Positions 21,779 to 31,679 are shown, counted from the first letter of the stretch. The stretch: DNA of 33,869 nucleotides from a virus (IMGVR_UViG_3300020042_008599:1-33869); one strand, 5' to 3'. Translations and numbers: made by a program. Notes: a model not told the origin generated them from the sequence alone.

Positions 21779-24753
21779 TATGCTGCTCCTTGTGCGCCGC
21801 CCAAGACGGCCAAGATGGTTTTGCTCTGTGAGCGCGATGCTGTGCCCGTCAAGCTGTCGATGAACCTCGGATGGTTCAGGCTGATGATAATACACTGGGC
21901 CTGTCCCGGTGCATGCTTCGGGCAACCTTTGAACATGGTCACACGGTCTCGGCGACGAATCAGCGCACCCTCGTCCTCCAACTGACGCTCCAGACGGTCC
22001 ATGCCATCACGCTTGAGCTTGAGCCACATGCGCAGCTTCTCGGCGTTGATCGCCACCAGACTGCCGGGCATGACGGGGTTGTTCGCATCATGGACGACCT
22101 TGACCCGGGCCACCGCGCGCTCGGGTGCTGGCAGGGTTACTTGCTCGACGTTGGAGCCGTACTTCTCACGGCAGTCCACGATCTGGTCGTTATGTTCGGC
22201 AAGGAACTGGCCGATGGTGTCGAAGACGTCCACGCGGTGCTCGATCTCACGCTGGCGGGTGGCTTCCACTTGCAGGATCAGGTGGCGGAGGGTGGCATCA
22301 ATGTCGAACGGGAACAGGCCCAGCTTGGCGCCCACGCGGCCCACGGCCCACGCTGATATCAAGGCCGTACGATAGAAGCGTTCCTGCGGCTCGAACTGGA
22401 AGTTGAAGTGCTTCTCGAACGCCGCCTCGGCTTTGGTCCACAGCACCTCAGGGCCACCCATGGCTTGCACGGCCTCGATCAGTTCTGGGAATGCCCAGCC
22501 GTTGTTCTTGGACACGAGGTCGAAGAACTCATACGCACCGCTGCGGGCCTCGCCGGGAAGTGGGGTGACGAACGTGCGGTCGTGTTGGCCAAGCTCCAGA
22601 CACCGGGCTTTGAGTGGTTCGCTACCAGCCTGTGCGCCGTCGACCTTCTGGTGCAGCGAGATGTTGGTCGTCATGAACGTGGGGCCAGCCCATGTCGCTG
22701 GGTCACGCAGTGAGCCGTCCTTGGTCATGCGCACCTTCTCGCGGCCTTGGCTAAAGTCGTACAGCATGTCGGCCATCTCTTTGTCGTCGGCCGTGGTCAC
22801 TTCGTCCATGCAAGCTGGCAGGTGGTTCAGGATGCCCCTGATCTTGAACATGGCGTTGGCCGTGTCCTTCTTGTTGAGCAGCAGCTCCCGAGGACTGCCG
22901 ATCAGGCTGTTGGCCGCGATCAGGCTCAGGGTTTTCCCTGTGGTCGTCTCTGTGGAATAAATCGACACGACCAGCGTGGAGTTGCCTGACGCTGGGCCCA
23001 GCAAGCCGGTGGTTGCGAGCAGCACGGTGGCACGAATGATGTCGGTGCCCGGTTTGTTGAGCATGTCCATGGCCCGCACCCACTCTTCACGCGTACCGTG
23101 GGGAGCGATGTGTGCGCCGTATGCCTGTGCTGCGCCGCGCAAGCGTGTGTCGGTCGAGCCGTTGGGCGAGCCGATGATAGTTTCGCCACACATGAACGAG
23201 CCGTCTTTTTGCCAGCCGAATGCGGTGTAGTCCTGTCCAGACGGCGTAACAGATTGCACCATCGTCAAATAATCCATCAGAAAGCTCCGTAGTTTTTCTT
23301 GTGCGCCGGGGGTCTTGATGTAGACCTGCCGGTTCAGTAGCAGGGTAGAGAAGTCTTTGCCCGCCACGGCAATCTCCGACATCTCGTGCTCTTCTTCTTT
23401 CCAACCCACCATGGGGTACTTGATCATCAACCTGAACGCAGACTTACGACTCCCGGTGTCGTTGTAAACCCCGGTGATGTGCATCTCGTACGCGCTGACA
23501 AAGTCGTAGTCGACCGACTCCACAGACGACTCGGTGCCGTTGCCGTCGGTCACTGTGTTCGCGGTCTTGACCTCTTTGAACACGCTGTTGTTGCGGATGA
23601 CATAGCCATCGGGCAACTTCAACGCGACCTGCTCACCCGTCTCCTCGTCTTGCACGACGGTCTCCGTCTTGACGGACAACTGCGCAGGGCTGGTGATCTG
23701 GCCACGGTGCGGGCAACCCTCGCACCCCTTGCTGCACAGCTGCTCGAACTTGGCGCAGGTTGTGGGGCCAGAGCCGTTCCAACCATTGAGCTTGTCGAGG
23801 TTCGTGTTGAGGTCGAAGTCCTTGTGCTTGCCGGCCAACCAGATGATGGCCTGTTCCGGGTCGGTCGAGTGCTTGGCCATGCCCAGCGAGGCGCGCCACA
23901 GGGGTTCCTCCACCGGGCGACCAGCGGCGTCCGTGACACCCCCAGAATCCATCAGAGCGCCGACCTGCGCACAGCGCTTACCCACGGCCATGATGTCCAC
24001 GTCGTTGGAGTTGAGCACCGCTGACAAGATGGATGACATGGGCTTGCCCGCCCTGCGAGGGGCCGTGGCGCTCTTGGGGAGCTTGCCGAACCACGGTTTG
24101 AGCACCGTGAACAGTGCCACCGCGTCGTAGTCCGGGCAGTCCCGCAGACAAGCTACAGGCTTCCACGGCACTTGCTTCTTGTGCTGCGTGCCCACTGGGC
24201 GCAGCACCATGGATGGGTCATGAATCTTGCTGGTGTCGATGACGACCTGCTGCTCTTCGAGCGCCATGCGCAGGGCGATGGATGCCTTGACCCAGTGGTC
24301 TCTGCTGACCGGAGCGGTCATCGGCCAGTACAGGTGAATGCCACGGCCGGAGGACACCACCATGGGCCCCGGCATACCGATCACCTTGAGGGCGGCGCTG
24401 ATGGCCGTCCAGCCTTCTTTTTGTGTCTTGTATGGCTTGTCGTCGCCAATGTCGAGGTCCAGTGCCAACGCCTTGAATTTCGTGGCCTGTTCTTGTTTTC
24501 GTGACCACTTGGGCCGACCACTGTCGTCGGTGAAGCTGTGTCCTGCAAATGCGCCCACACTGTAGTAAACCGTGGTGTTGGGTTCCGCATCCCACTGTGC
24601 AATCTTTGCTACAGCGGCGTCAATGTCGGTGAACGAGCCCCGGTTCCAAAACATGCCGCGCGGGTTGGCCCCGGTGTGGTCTGGTTTGTGGGTGCAGATT
24701 ACGAGTTCGTCGACTTGGGCAAATACGCGAGTGAGAAAGTTTTTTGTGTCCAA
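21778..24753 (-). CDS. Primase-helicase: AEP/RepB-like primase + Cys cluster + DUF927 ATPase (991 aa)
   Basis: TTG start with AGGGG SD. Primase motifs ALDLD, SSGRGIHLYW and D...VLRP.GT. Cys cluster C..F...C..GC..C. DUF927 motif FGWQ.DGSF, Walker A-like TTTGKT and Walker B CMDE. Confidence 0.85.
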   Translation of the reverse strand: MDTKNFLTRVFAQVDELVICTHKPDHTGANPRGMFWNRGSFTDIDAAVAKIAQWDAEPNTTVYYSVGAFAGHSFTDDSGRPKWSRKQEQATKFKALALDLDIGDDKPYKTQKEGWTAISAALKVIGMPGPMVVSSGRGIHLYWPMTAPVSRDHWVKASIALRMALEEQQVVIDTSKIHDPSMVLRPVGTQHKKQVPWKPVACLRDCPDYDAVALFTVLKPWFGKLPKSATAPRRAGKPMSSILSAVLNSNDVDIMAVGKRCAQVGALMDSGGVTDAAGRPVEEPLWRASLGMAKHSTDPEQAIIWLAGKHKDFDLNTNLDKLNGWNGSGPTTCAKFEQLCSKGCEGCPHRGQITSPAQLSVKTETVVQDEETGEQVALKLPDGYVIRNNSVFKEVKTANTVTDGNGTESSVESVDYDFVSAYEMHITGVYNDTGSRKSAFRLMIKYPMVGWKEEEHEMSEIAVAGKDFSTLLLNRQVYIKTPGAQEKLRSFLMDYLTMVQSVTPSGQDYTAFGWQKDGSFMCGETIIGSPNGSTDTRLRGAAQAYGAHIAPHGTREEWVRAMDMLNKPGTDIIRATVLLATTGLLGPASGNSTLVVSIYSTETTTGKTLSLIAANSLIGSPRELLLNKKDTANAMFKIRGILNHLPACMDEVTTADDKEMADMLYDFSQGREKVRMTKDGSLRDPATWAGPTFMTTNISLHQKVDGAQAGSEPLKARCLELGQHDRTFVTPLPGEARSGAYEFFDLVSKNNGWAFPELIEAVQAMGGPEVLWTKAEAAFEKHFNFQFEPQERFYRTALISAWAVGRVGAKLGLFPFDIDATLRHLILQVEATRQREIEHRVDVFDTIGQFLAEHNDQIVDCREKYGSNVEQVTLPAPERAVARVKVVHDANNPVMPGSLVAINAEKLRMWLKLKRDGMDRLERQLEDEGALIRRRDRVTMFKGCPKHAPGQAQCIIISLNHPRFIDSLTGTASRSQSKTILAVLGGAQGAA

Positions 24754-24769
24754 AGCATGCCCCTAGATG

Positions 24770-24792
24770 AAAAACCCCGGCCGAAGCCGGGG
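24770..24792 (-). terminator. Rho-independent terminator with C(UUCG)G tetraloop
   Basis: The minus strand reads CCCCGGC-TTCG-GCCGGGG-TTTTT, between the SSB-like gene and the primase. Confidence 0.85.
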
Positions 24793-24813
24793 AGCCCTAT
24801 GCGGGCAATTCTA

Positions 24814-25713
24814 TTACTCGTCGAACAGGCTGTCGAGTTTGGCAGCCAGCTCATCCGATGCCTTCACAGGTGCCACGACAGGCTTGCTGGCCGGGGCTTG
24901 CGCTTGGATAGCGGGGGGAGTATTGGCCGTATCCTCATCGTACGCGTCGTCGACGGCAGGTGCGGCGATGGCAGCTTTTGCAGCGGGTGCAGCGAGGGCT
25001 GGGCCAGCAGCTTGGGGAGCCATCACACGGGTGGCCACCTTCACGGAGTCGCTCTCAAGCAGCGTGTCAACGCGGCCGATGGCTTTCTCGGGCACGAACC
25101 CTTTTTGCGTGAACGTGATCTTGGGGTAGCTGGCTTGGTCGTCGAAGCCCAACTCCGTGACCACTTCCTCAGGGCCAATGCCGTAGTTGCCCAGCTCCTT
25201 GAAATACTCGCGCAAAGCTTTCATGCCACTGACAGGCACAGTCATGCTGTAGACCTTGGTGGGGTCAGCCGCGGCCACGACAGCGAGGTGACGCTGGTCG
25301 GAGCACATCTTGGACTTGGCGCCCGATGGCAGGATTTTGGAACCCAGCACGTTGTTGGGGCAGTCAGAGCAGCCAGTGTGCACAGGGGCTTGCACGGTTA
25401 CGTCAGGCTTGAGGCCGTCATTCGACCAGCATGCTGGACGCGCATCGGTATCGGCTGGGTCGTACGCCTTGGCGTAGAACACCTTGGACACGCGGGGGTT
25501 GGCACCCACGATGATGGTGTCGAGTGTGACGCCCACGGTGGTCTCAACACCGTCTTCGTTCAGTCGGTAGCGGCCAGCACGGATGCTGATGCGGGGGATA
25601 CTTGGGCCCCCGTCGCTCACGACGGCCGAGGCCACGGATGATTTGGTGCCTGCCTGTTGGCGGGCGGCGATACGCGCAGCAATGTGCGCTGGGACGTGTG
25701 CGATGTTGCTCAT
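24814..25713 (-). CDS. Single-stranded DNA-binding-like protein with four Cys and acidic tail
   Basis: AAGGAG RBS. PRISI, C-W-S-N-DG..PD, CxxC and a fourth Cys. Ala/Pro linker and C-terminal LDSLFDE. Sits between helicase and primase. Confidence 0.65.
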   Translation of the reverse strand: MSNIAHVPAHIAARIAARQQAGTKSSVASAVVSDGGPSIPRISIRAGRYRLNEDGVETTVGVTLDTIIVGANPRVSKVFYAKAYDPADTDARPACWSNDGLKPDVTVQAPVHTGCSDCPNNVLGSKILPSGAKSKMCSDQRHLAVVAAADPTKVYSMTVPVSGMKALREYFKELGNYGIGPEEVVTELGFDDQASYPKITFTQKGFVPEKAIGRVDTLLESDSVKVATRVMAPQAAGPALAAPAAKAAIAAPAVDDAYDEDTANTPPAIQAQAPASKPVVAPVKASDELAAKLDSLFDE

Positions 25714-25716
25714 AAG

Positions 25717-26109
25717 TTACTCCTTGGATTGCGCTTTGCGCATATTGAAAACCCGGTTGGAACTGAAGTTCACTCCGGGAGGTGGTGCCCCGTTGGCTTC
25801 GATGTAACTCTTGACCCCGGTTTTGGACGCGCGGGACTCGACCATGTCCCACGCATCGTGCTCTTTGCAATAGCTGAAAAATTCTTCACGCGATGCCACC
25901 GTTGCCGTGTGGTGCGTTGACCAGTAGGCCGTGCCGTGCGGTGTCTTCACCGTCTCAAGCCCGTCCTCTTGTGCCTTGGCTGTAAACCAGTTCTCAAGCG
26001 CCACGAGGCGCTCGGTGATGGCAGCCTTGGCTGCTTTGTGTTGGCGCTCAAGATCGTCGATCTCTTTACGCACTGCGAGGTATCGCTCTGCTGCTATGTC
26101 GTAGTTCAC
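25717..26109 (-). CDS. Conserved phage replication-module protein (coiled coil + small beta domain), 130 aa
   Basis: AAGGAG RBS favours GTG at 26109 (VNYDIAAERYL...). Motifs VKT.HGT.Y, KTGVKSYIE and PPPGVN. Confidence 0.75.
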   Translation of the reverse strand: MNYDIAAERYLAVRKEIDDLERQHKAAKAAITERLVALENWFTAKAQEDGLETVKTPHGTAYWSTHHTATVASREEFFSYCKEHDAWDMVESRASKTGVKSYIEANGAPPPGVNFSSNRVFNMRKAQSKE

Positions 26110-26125
26110 TGTTTGACTCCTTGAC

Positions 26126-27676
26126 TCAATCGTCACTGTTGATGCCCTGCACCAAATTCAAAAACTCCGCCAGAGTGTTTTGCTTTGCGCGGAGCCGGCG
26201 GTATAGCTCTGCTTCAAAGCTGGTGGCCCATATGTGCCACACAGTCGTTTTGCCGGTTGTGGTCAACCGACGAATCCTCGCATTGGCTTGCTCGTACTGT
26301 TCAAGTGAATAAATGGGAGCAAACCATATGATGTCTTTTGCGCGTGTCAAAGTCAAACCGTGCGCGGCAACCTTCGGATGGGCCAGCAAAATCTGCGGAC
26401 GTTCCGTGTGTTGGAAGTCGTTGAAAATCTGATCCCGATCCTTCTTGCTCGTGTCACCGTTGACCATCGCGACGTCAAAGCCATCTGCTGTCAGCTTCTG
26501 CTGTAGCCAAGTCTGCACGCCCTTGAGCGGCACGAAGATGATCGCTTTGTCGCCAATCTCTGTAAGTAAGTCCGTGAGGGTATTATACCGCTCCGAGGCG
26601 TCGATGGCAATCGTTGTGCCATCACCGTACACCACACCGCACGAAATCTGCAACAGCTTGCTCAACATCACAGCGGTGTTCGGCGCAGTTACTTCGCCAG
26701 CGGCGAAGATCGTCACGGCCTTGTCCTTCATCTCCTTGAACGCCTTCTCCTGCTGCTTGGTCAGCTCAGTCTTGCGCCCAACGAAGTTGGTGTCAGGCAA
26801 GTCCTTGCACTCGTCAAGCGAGTAGCGGATCGACGGCTGCAACACACGTCTACATGTCTCCAGCGCATCGGCGCGCGGCGTCCACTTGAACGTCGTGACC
26901 TTCTGCATCACCAAGTCCTTGAACGTCGTGAAGCTCTTGGGGCAGTTGGGCGAGTCCACCAGCCGAGCCAGTGTCCACGCGTCCGCAGGGGTCTGCGAGA
27001 TGGGCGTGCCGGTGAGCATCCACAACCACGGGTTGTGCTTCTGCATCCACTTGGAAAATATCTTGTACCGTTGTGAGCTGGGTGACTTGAGCGCCGTGGC
27101 CTCGTCGTAGATCACCACGTCAAAGCCGTTGAGCTCGGACGCCATGTTGGTGAAGCCGTCGTGGTTGATGATCACGTACTGCACACCCGGTGTGTTGAGC
27201 AGGTCCAGCCGCTTTTGCTTGGAGCCTGCACAGATCACAAACGAGCGATGCGACAGGTGATGCTTGAGCTCGCGCCCCCACACAACCTTGAGCGTAGACA
27301 GCGGTGCCACAATCAGCACCTTCTTGGCCACACCTTCATCGAGCAAGAAGTCCGCAGCCCACATAGAGCTGATCGACTTGCCAGTACCCGGTGCGTTCAG
27401 ACACAACGCACGTTTGTGGGTCGTGAGAAACGCGGCCGTCTCCTTCTGGTGCTCCATAGGGGCGAACCGCGCTGGCCAGTTGTAATACTGCAGGATGGGC
27501 GCTGGCACACTGAACCCGAGGTTCTTGAGCACCATGGCCTCGTCAACACCGTACGGCATTGCCAGCAGGTCATCGTTGCCGTGCTTGAACAGCTTGGCGT
27601 GGGGGATTAACTGCGCAACGGCCGCGTTCTCGCTGCTGTTGATGATGATCTTGCGCTTCTCAGGAATCACGAGCAT
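26126..27676 (-). CDS. SNF2-family (SF2) DNA helicase
   Basis: PGTGKS (Walker A), IYDEA (Walker B), LTGTP, HGLTL and QANARIRR. Likely start MLVIPEK at 27676. Confidence 0.9.
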   Translation of the reverse strand: MLVIPEKRKIIINSSENAAVAQLIPHAKLFKHGNDDLLAMPYGVDEAMVLKNLGFSVPAPILQYYNWPARFAPMEHQKETAAFLTTHKRALCLNAPGTGKSISSMWAADFLLDEGVAKKVLIVAPLSTLKVVWGRELKHHLSHRSFVICAGSKQKRLDLLNTPGVQYVIINHDGFTNMASELNGFDVVIYDEATALKSPSSQRYKIFSKWMQKHNPWLWMLTGTPISQTPADAWTLARLVDSPNCPKSFTTFKDLVMQKVTTFKWTPRADALETCRRVLQPSIRYSLDECKDLPDTNFVGRKTELTKQQEKAFKEMKDKAVTIFAAGEVTAPNTAVMLSKLLQISCGVVYGDGTTIAIDASERYNTLTDLLTEIGDKAIIFVPLKGVQTWLQQKLTADGFDVAMVNGDTSKKDRDQIFNDFQHTERPQILLAHPKVAAHGLTLTRAKDIIWFAPIYSLEQYEQANARIRRLTTTGKTTVWHIWATSFEAELYRRLRAKQNTLAEFLNLVQGINSDD

Positions 27677-27978
27677 AGGGCCACCCAGCCTGCAAACGTC
27701 ACCGTCCACAAATCAATGTTGTGTTCATTGGCGATCCACACTTGCCCGTTGGTTTGCTCGATGGTCCTGATCTCGCGCTCTTGGTTGGCAGTGGTTGTGC
27801 CCTTGCCGAACTTGGTCTCCACAGCAAAGAAGTGACCGTTCACGTGGCCAACAAAGTCAGGGATACCTGAGCGGCCGAAGCCGTTGGCTGGTGGCATGAA
27901 CCACCAGCAGTTGGGTGTAGCTTTGAGCACGTCCTTGACGCGCTTCTTGACGTCGCCTTCGTTTTTCATCGTTTTCAT
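27667..27978 (-). CDS. VRR-NUC domain nuclease
   Basis: E.DVK, GRSGIPD, F.AVETK and T.NQ motifs. Confidence 0.85.
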   Translation of the reverse strand: MKTMKNEGDVKKRVKDVLKATPNCWWFMPPANGFGRSGIPDFVGHVNGHFFAVETKFGKGTTTANQEREIRTIEQTNGQVWIANEHNIDLWTVTFAGWVALCS

Positions 27979-28694
27979 CGTTTACCTTTCAGTCGTGCAT
28001 CGGGGCAGATCGCCTTGGCTGGGCACCACGGGCACAGGCCCGATGGCTTGGTGTTGAACACGCCGAGGTCAATGACCTCTTGCACCTTGCCAAAGCGAGG
28101 CTCCAGTCCGCGCCACAGCGCGCCAAGGAACCGCCGCTCGTACTTCGCGTTTGTCATCTCGTTGAACCGCAGCCACACGAACGATGTCTTGACCGTCTTG
28201 ACCTCAGGGAAGTGCCACATGACCATGGCCGCGAACAGTTGCAGCTGTGTCGGGTTGTCCTTGACCTTGCCCGTCTTGTAGTCGAGGCAGTACGCCGTAT
28301 CTCCGTCAACCACCAGCACGTCGGCGATGGAGCGAATCCACACGTCCTTGGCGAACCACTCCACAGGTTGCAGTTGTTGGTTGACGGACATCTGGTGCTC
28401 GAACAACTTCGTGCCCGGACGGGCCATGATCTTCTCCACCACGCCGCCCCACTGCTTGAGCGTGCTCCTAGCCTCGTCGGTGTCCTCCAGCGCGACAGCG
28501 GCCTCCTTGGCTGCCTGTCCTTGGCCAATGGCGTTGCCGTAAGCCTCGAGTACCTTGTGCACACGGTCGCCGTAATCGGCGGCTTCGTTGCTGGTACTCT
28601 GCACGCGCTTGGACACATACAGGTAGTCGAACTGTGCGGGGCACTGCTCGAAGGTTGACAGTCGACTGAACGACAACGGCATGACTTGGGTCAT
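27975..28694 (-). CDS. PD-(D/E)XK Cas4/AddB-like exonuclease
   Basis: SFSRLSTFEQCP, G..VH..LE, IAD, LDYKTGK and QL.L.A motifs. C-terminal CPWCP...C gives a 1+3 Cys Fe-S staple pattern. Confidence 0.88.
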   Translation of the reverse strand: MTQVMPLSFSRLSTFEQCPAQFDYLYVSKRVQSTSNEAADYGDRVHKVLEAYGNAIGQGQAAKEAAVALEDTDEARSTLKQWGGVVEKIMARPGTKLFEHQMSVNQQLQPVEWFAKDVWIRSIADVLVVDGDTAYCLDYKTGKVKDNPTQLQLFAAMVMWHFPEVKTVKTSFVWLRFNEMTNAKYERRFLGALWRGLEPRFGKVQEVIDLGVFNTKPSGLCPWCPAKAICPDARLKGKR

Positions 28695-28963
28695 TCTTTC
28701 TCCAGCGCCAGCTTGGCGAGTTCTACGGTTACTTGCTCATGAATAGCTTGAAGAAGCGCTTCCTTGGTCATGGAAATGCGTGGTGTGCGTCCCGGCTCGT
28801 GCATGACCCTTGGCGAGATGTCAAGAATCTTGACGTCAGCGTCCCTGCACCGGATACCAACGCGAAAGCTCCAGTCATACTGGTCATCGCGGCGGTAAGC
28901 CTCAACAGCGCACCACGTAGGCAAAGTCTCGCTGTGCCAGTTGTCGTCTTTGTATGTGCTCAC
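28691..28963 (-). CDS. Hypothetical protein, 90 aa
   Basis: Fills the gap with 4-nt overlaps at both ends. GGAG upstream. Confidence 0.65.
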   Translation of the reverse strand: MSTYKDDNWHSETLPTWCAVEAYRRDDQYDWSFRVGIRCRDADVKILDISPRVMHEPGRTPRISMTKEALLQAIHEQVTVELAKLALEKE

Positions 28964-30798
28964 TTCGCCGCTCCGTAGCTCACTCCTGCACCAGTCTCAC
29001 ATGCCACGGGAATGCTGCGACACCACTTGGGCGTCATCGACAGACACTCTTCCATGTACGCGCGCGCTTCAATAAGTTCTTCATCACGTACAACACACAC
29101 CGCCTCGTCGTGCACAGAGAGCTTAACGGGGTAGCGCGCGTTGATACGTGCAGTTTGCCACAAAACAATCAGCATGGCCGCATGTTGCGATAAATTTTCT
29201 ACAACTTTTGCGCCGTGGATCGTCACACGTTGACGCCCCATCTGATACGTCCAGTTGGCGCCGTCGTGCCTGAGGTCGTTGTACATGATGCCGGGCTCAC
29301 CGGGGCGACCGAAGCCATCCCATTGGGTGATGAACCAGCCGTTCACATCCACAGGCAGCATGTCACAGCCGTTGGCGATGTCAGGCAACACCACGTCATT
29401 GCATCGCTTCCACAGCGCCACAACCTTGTAGTGCACGGAGCGATACAGGTCGACAATGGCATGGGCCCGGTTCTCGTCGATCGGCGTCAAGTTCGGGTCG
29501 TTGCGGGCAGCCACCCGCACCATTTCGCAGAACCGCTTGGCCCCAGCGCCGTATTGCAGGGACAGCATGGCCACTTTGCCCAGCTGGCGCTCGGCCTTGT
29601 CTGCCTTGGTGATCACACGGCCGAACAGCTTGCCGGCGAAGTCGCAGTACAGGTCCACGCCGTTGCGCAGCTTATCCAGCACGTCGTCTTGGCCAGCCAG
29701 CGCCATCACGGTGCGCAGCTCGATGTTGGACGAGTCACCCACCAGCACGGTGTGACCCCGCGGTGCCATGAGCGCGTTGCGCAGTCCAGCCGATGGGCCA
29801 CGAGCAGGGATGTTCTGCCAGTTGATCGAGTTGCCACCAGAATACCGGCCAGTTGTCTTGGCGCCCCAGAAGTTGAGGTACACCGGCAAGGGGCCACGCT
29901 TGGCCGTCTCAACGAAGCGCAGCGCACGGGTCTCGGCGATGGTGGTCTTGACGCCCAGTCGTGCGGCCACGAGGTTCTGCACGTCGCTGTCCTCGTGATC
30001 CAGCAGGTCGGTGAAGTCCTTGTCGCTCTTGGCGAACGCGTAGGTCTCCTTCTCCGGGTTGGCTTTGCTCGGCTTACGCGGTGGCACCACGCCCAGCTTC
30101 TCCAGTGCCAGTGCGAACTTGTCGTTGGACATGATGGTGTCGCGGTTGGTCGCGGCCATGGCCAGCAGCTCTTCCTTGCGAACCACCTCGGCCTCGTACA
30201 GCCACTGCATCGTCTGCTCGTCACCCACCAGCATGGGCTCAGTGAACATGCGCACCGTCATGTCGATAAGCCTGACGGACAAGGCTGGGGTGTACGGGTC
30301 GAACCGCTTGCCCAGCTCCTTGCACAGCCATGTGTCGTGGTTGCAGTAGGCGGCGTACTCCTGCAGCTCTTCTGCAGTGAAGTCCGCACGGCGTTTGTCG
30401 ATAGCGGCCAGTACGGCTACGCCCTTGTCCGGCAGTGCGTACTGCTTGGCGAGGTTAGCCAGCGAGTGCGAGGTCAAGAACGGCAGCAGCATGCGCCCTT
30501 GGGCGAGGGTGTCCATCCACAGCTTGGGCTTGATGCCGCAGTGCTGCGTCAGGATGAACCCATCGAACAGGGTGTTGTGGCAGCGCACAGCGGAGTTCTC
30601 CCAGTCGAAGTTACCCTGCAGCCATCCGATGGTCTCCAAGTCGGGGCCACTGAACCACTGCGCGGGTTCTTCGTTCTTGATCACCGACACGCCGATGATC
30701 TCAAACCGGTCGTCCTTGATGTACGCATCGGTCTGCATCTTGGACAAGGAGTAGTCCTTGGTGTAGTACGTCTCGAAGTCAATAGTGAGTATGTCCAT
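28960..30798 (-). CDS. DNA polymerase, family A, with 3'-5' exonuclease domain
   Basis: Exo I DFET, Exo II HN..FD, Exo III YC.HD. TTGRYSG...NWQNIP. Motif A DSSNIELR, motif B RQLGKVAMLSLQYG, motif C VHDE. Start is ATG 30798 or GTG 30801. Confidence 0.95.
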   Translation of the reverse strand: MDILTIDFETYYTKDYSLSKMQTDAYIKDDRFEIIGVSVIKNEEPAQWFSGPDLETIGWLQGNFDWENSAVRCHNTLFDGFILTQHCGIKPKLWMDTLAQGRMLLPFLTSHSLANLAKQYALPDKGVAVLAAIDKRRADFTAEELQEYAAYCNHDTWLCKELGKRFDPYTPALSVRLIDMTVRMFTEPMLVGDEQTMQWLYEAEVVRKEELLAMAATNRDTIMSNDKFALALEKLGVVPPRKPSKANPEKETYAFAKSDKDFTDLLDHEDSDVQNLVAARLGVKTTIAETRALRFVETAKRGPLPVYLNFWGAKTTGRYSGGNSINWQNIPARGPSAGLRNALMAPRGHTVLVGDSSNIELRTVMALAGQDDVLDKLRNGVDLYCDFAGKLFGRVITKADKAERQLGKVAMLSLQYGAGAKRFCEMVRVAARNDPNLTPIDENRAHAIVDLYRSVHYKVVALWKRCNDVVLPDIANGCDMLPVDVNGWFITQWDGFGRPGEPGIMYNDLRHDGANWTYQMGRQRVTIHGAKVVENLSQHAAMLIVLWQTARINARYPVKLSVHDEAVCVVRDEELIEARAYMEECLSMTPKWCRSIPVACETGAGVSYGAAK

Positions 30799-31190
30799 CA
30801 CGACTTATCCAGCATGTTCGAGGTAATCTGTGCCAGCATGATGCGGCTGACGTCCTCCAAGGTTATGGCGATGTGGCGGTCAGCGGGCCCGTACGGTTCA
30901 CGGCTGCTACACACGATGAATCCTCCACTCACTTGCTCGATACGGAACTCACCAACCACGCCTCTGTTCTTAATCGCTTCTTCGCGGTATATCGAGTTGA
31001 GGGAGCTCTGCGCGCTCGCTATGTTCTGCGTACCCGCAGAGCTCAGCATGCCGCTTCCACCACTTCCGCCGCTGACCGTGAGCATCTGTGCGGGAGTTGC
31101 AAGTCTGGCGGCTGCGTGCTTCTTCATGCTCTCTGCATACAGTCTTTTGAGCTCTTCTTCTTCCCACTCTTTGATGAAGCTTTTGGTCAT
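30798..31190 (-). CDS. Hypothetical protein, 130 aa
   Basis: AAGGAGG RBS before ATG 31190 (MTKSFIKEW...). Stop is coupled to the polymerase start. Confidence 0.7.
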   Translation of the reverse strand: MTKSFIKEWEEEELKRLYAESMKKHAAARLATPAQMLTVSGGSGGSGMLSSAGTQNIASAQSSLNSIYREEAIKNRGVVGEFRIEQVSGGFIVCSSREPYGPADRHIAITLEDVSRIMLAQITSNMLDKS

Positions 31191-31191
31191 C

Positions 31192-31479
31192 TCACACCTC
31201 CTTGCCGGTCTCAAGGCGATCAGACACGAGCTTGGCGTAGCCCGCGATGTCGGCCCAGTTGTCGTGGTAGTCAGGGTCACCGTTGATGATGCGTGCCAGC
31301 TTGTGGGCGATCATCTCCATGGCTTCCCACTGGTCATCGGCCAGCTCTTTGTTGTGCTTGGCCAAGTGCTGCGCCATCACGCGCTTGAGTGACTGAGATG
31401 TGGACGCATTGTCGGCGAAGGTGCCGTAGCGCGCACCGCGTTCTGCGAGGATGATGTTGGTGTCGGTCGGGGTGTTCAT
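31192..31479 (-). CDS. DUF6378-like protein (nucleotide-metabolism associated)
   Basis: IL.ERG.RYG.F and MI.HKLARI.NGD....DNW.DIAGYA.L motifs. GGAG RBS. Confidence 0.8.
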   Translation of the reverse strand: MNTPTDTNIILAERGARYGTFADNASTSQSLKRVMAQHLAKHNKELADDQWEAMEMIAHKLARIINGDPDYHDNWADIAGYAKLVSDRLETGKEV

Positions 31480-31679
31480 AGTAATGCTTCTCCAAGGTTG
31501 ATGATGTTGTCAGTACGACGATTTGTCGTTGTGCGGCGATGTATCGCCTCCAGTATCCGCGGGTCTACTCTCTCGAATGGCCAAAACACACTTGGCGTAG
31601 ATGTGCTCAAGTGTGTGCCGCAGATGGATTGCTTCTTCGACAGCGGCGTCGCGTTGTCGGCGGAGTTGTTTGTTTTCAT
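31476..31679 (-). CDS. Hypothetical protein (WPFERVDP...EALL), start uncertain; overlaps 31510..31722
   Basis: Stop overlaps the DUF6378 ATG (ATGA). No SD at ATG 31679. Confidence 0.4.
   Translation of the reverse strand: MKTNNSADNATPLSKKQSICGTHLSTSTPSVFWPFERVDPRILEAIHRRTTTNRRTDNIINLGEALL

Noticed and set aside
27975-28694. Cas4-like nuclease as evidence of a CRISPR system
   Set aside because: No repeat-spacer array or other cas genes were seen. It sits in a standard phage replication module.
21778-30798. Inteins or introns in polymerase, helicase or primase
   Set aside because: The ORFs are uninterrupted and of ordinary length, with no splice-junction or LAGLIDADG motifs seen.
29215-31392. 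725-aa ORF on + strand
   Set aside because: Antisense shadow of the DNA polymerase and its neighbours. The His/Val/Gln-rich composition is typical of reverse-complemented high-GC3 codons, and it has no motifs.
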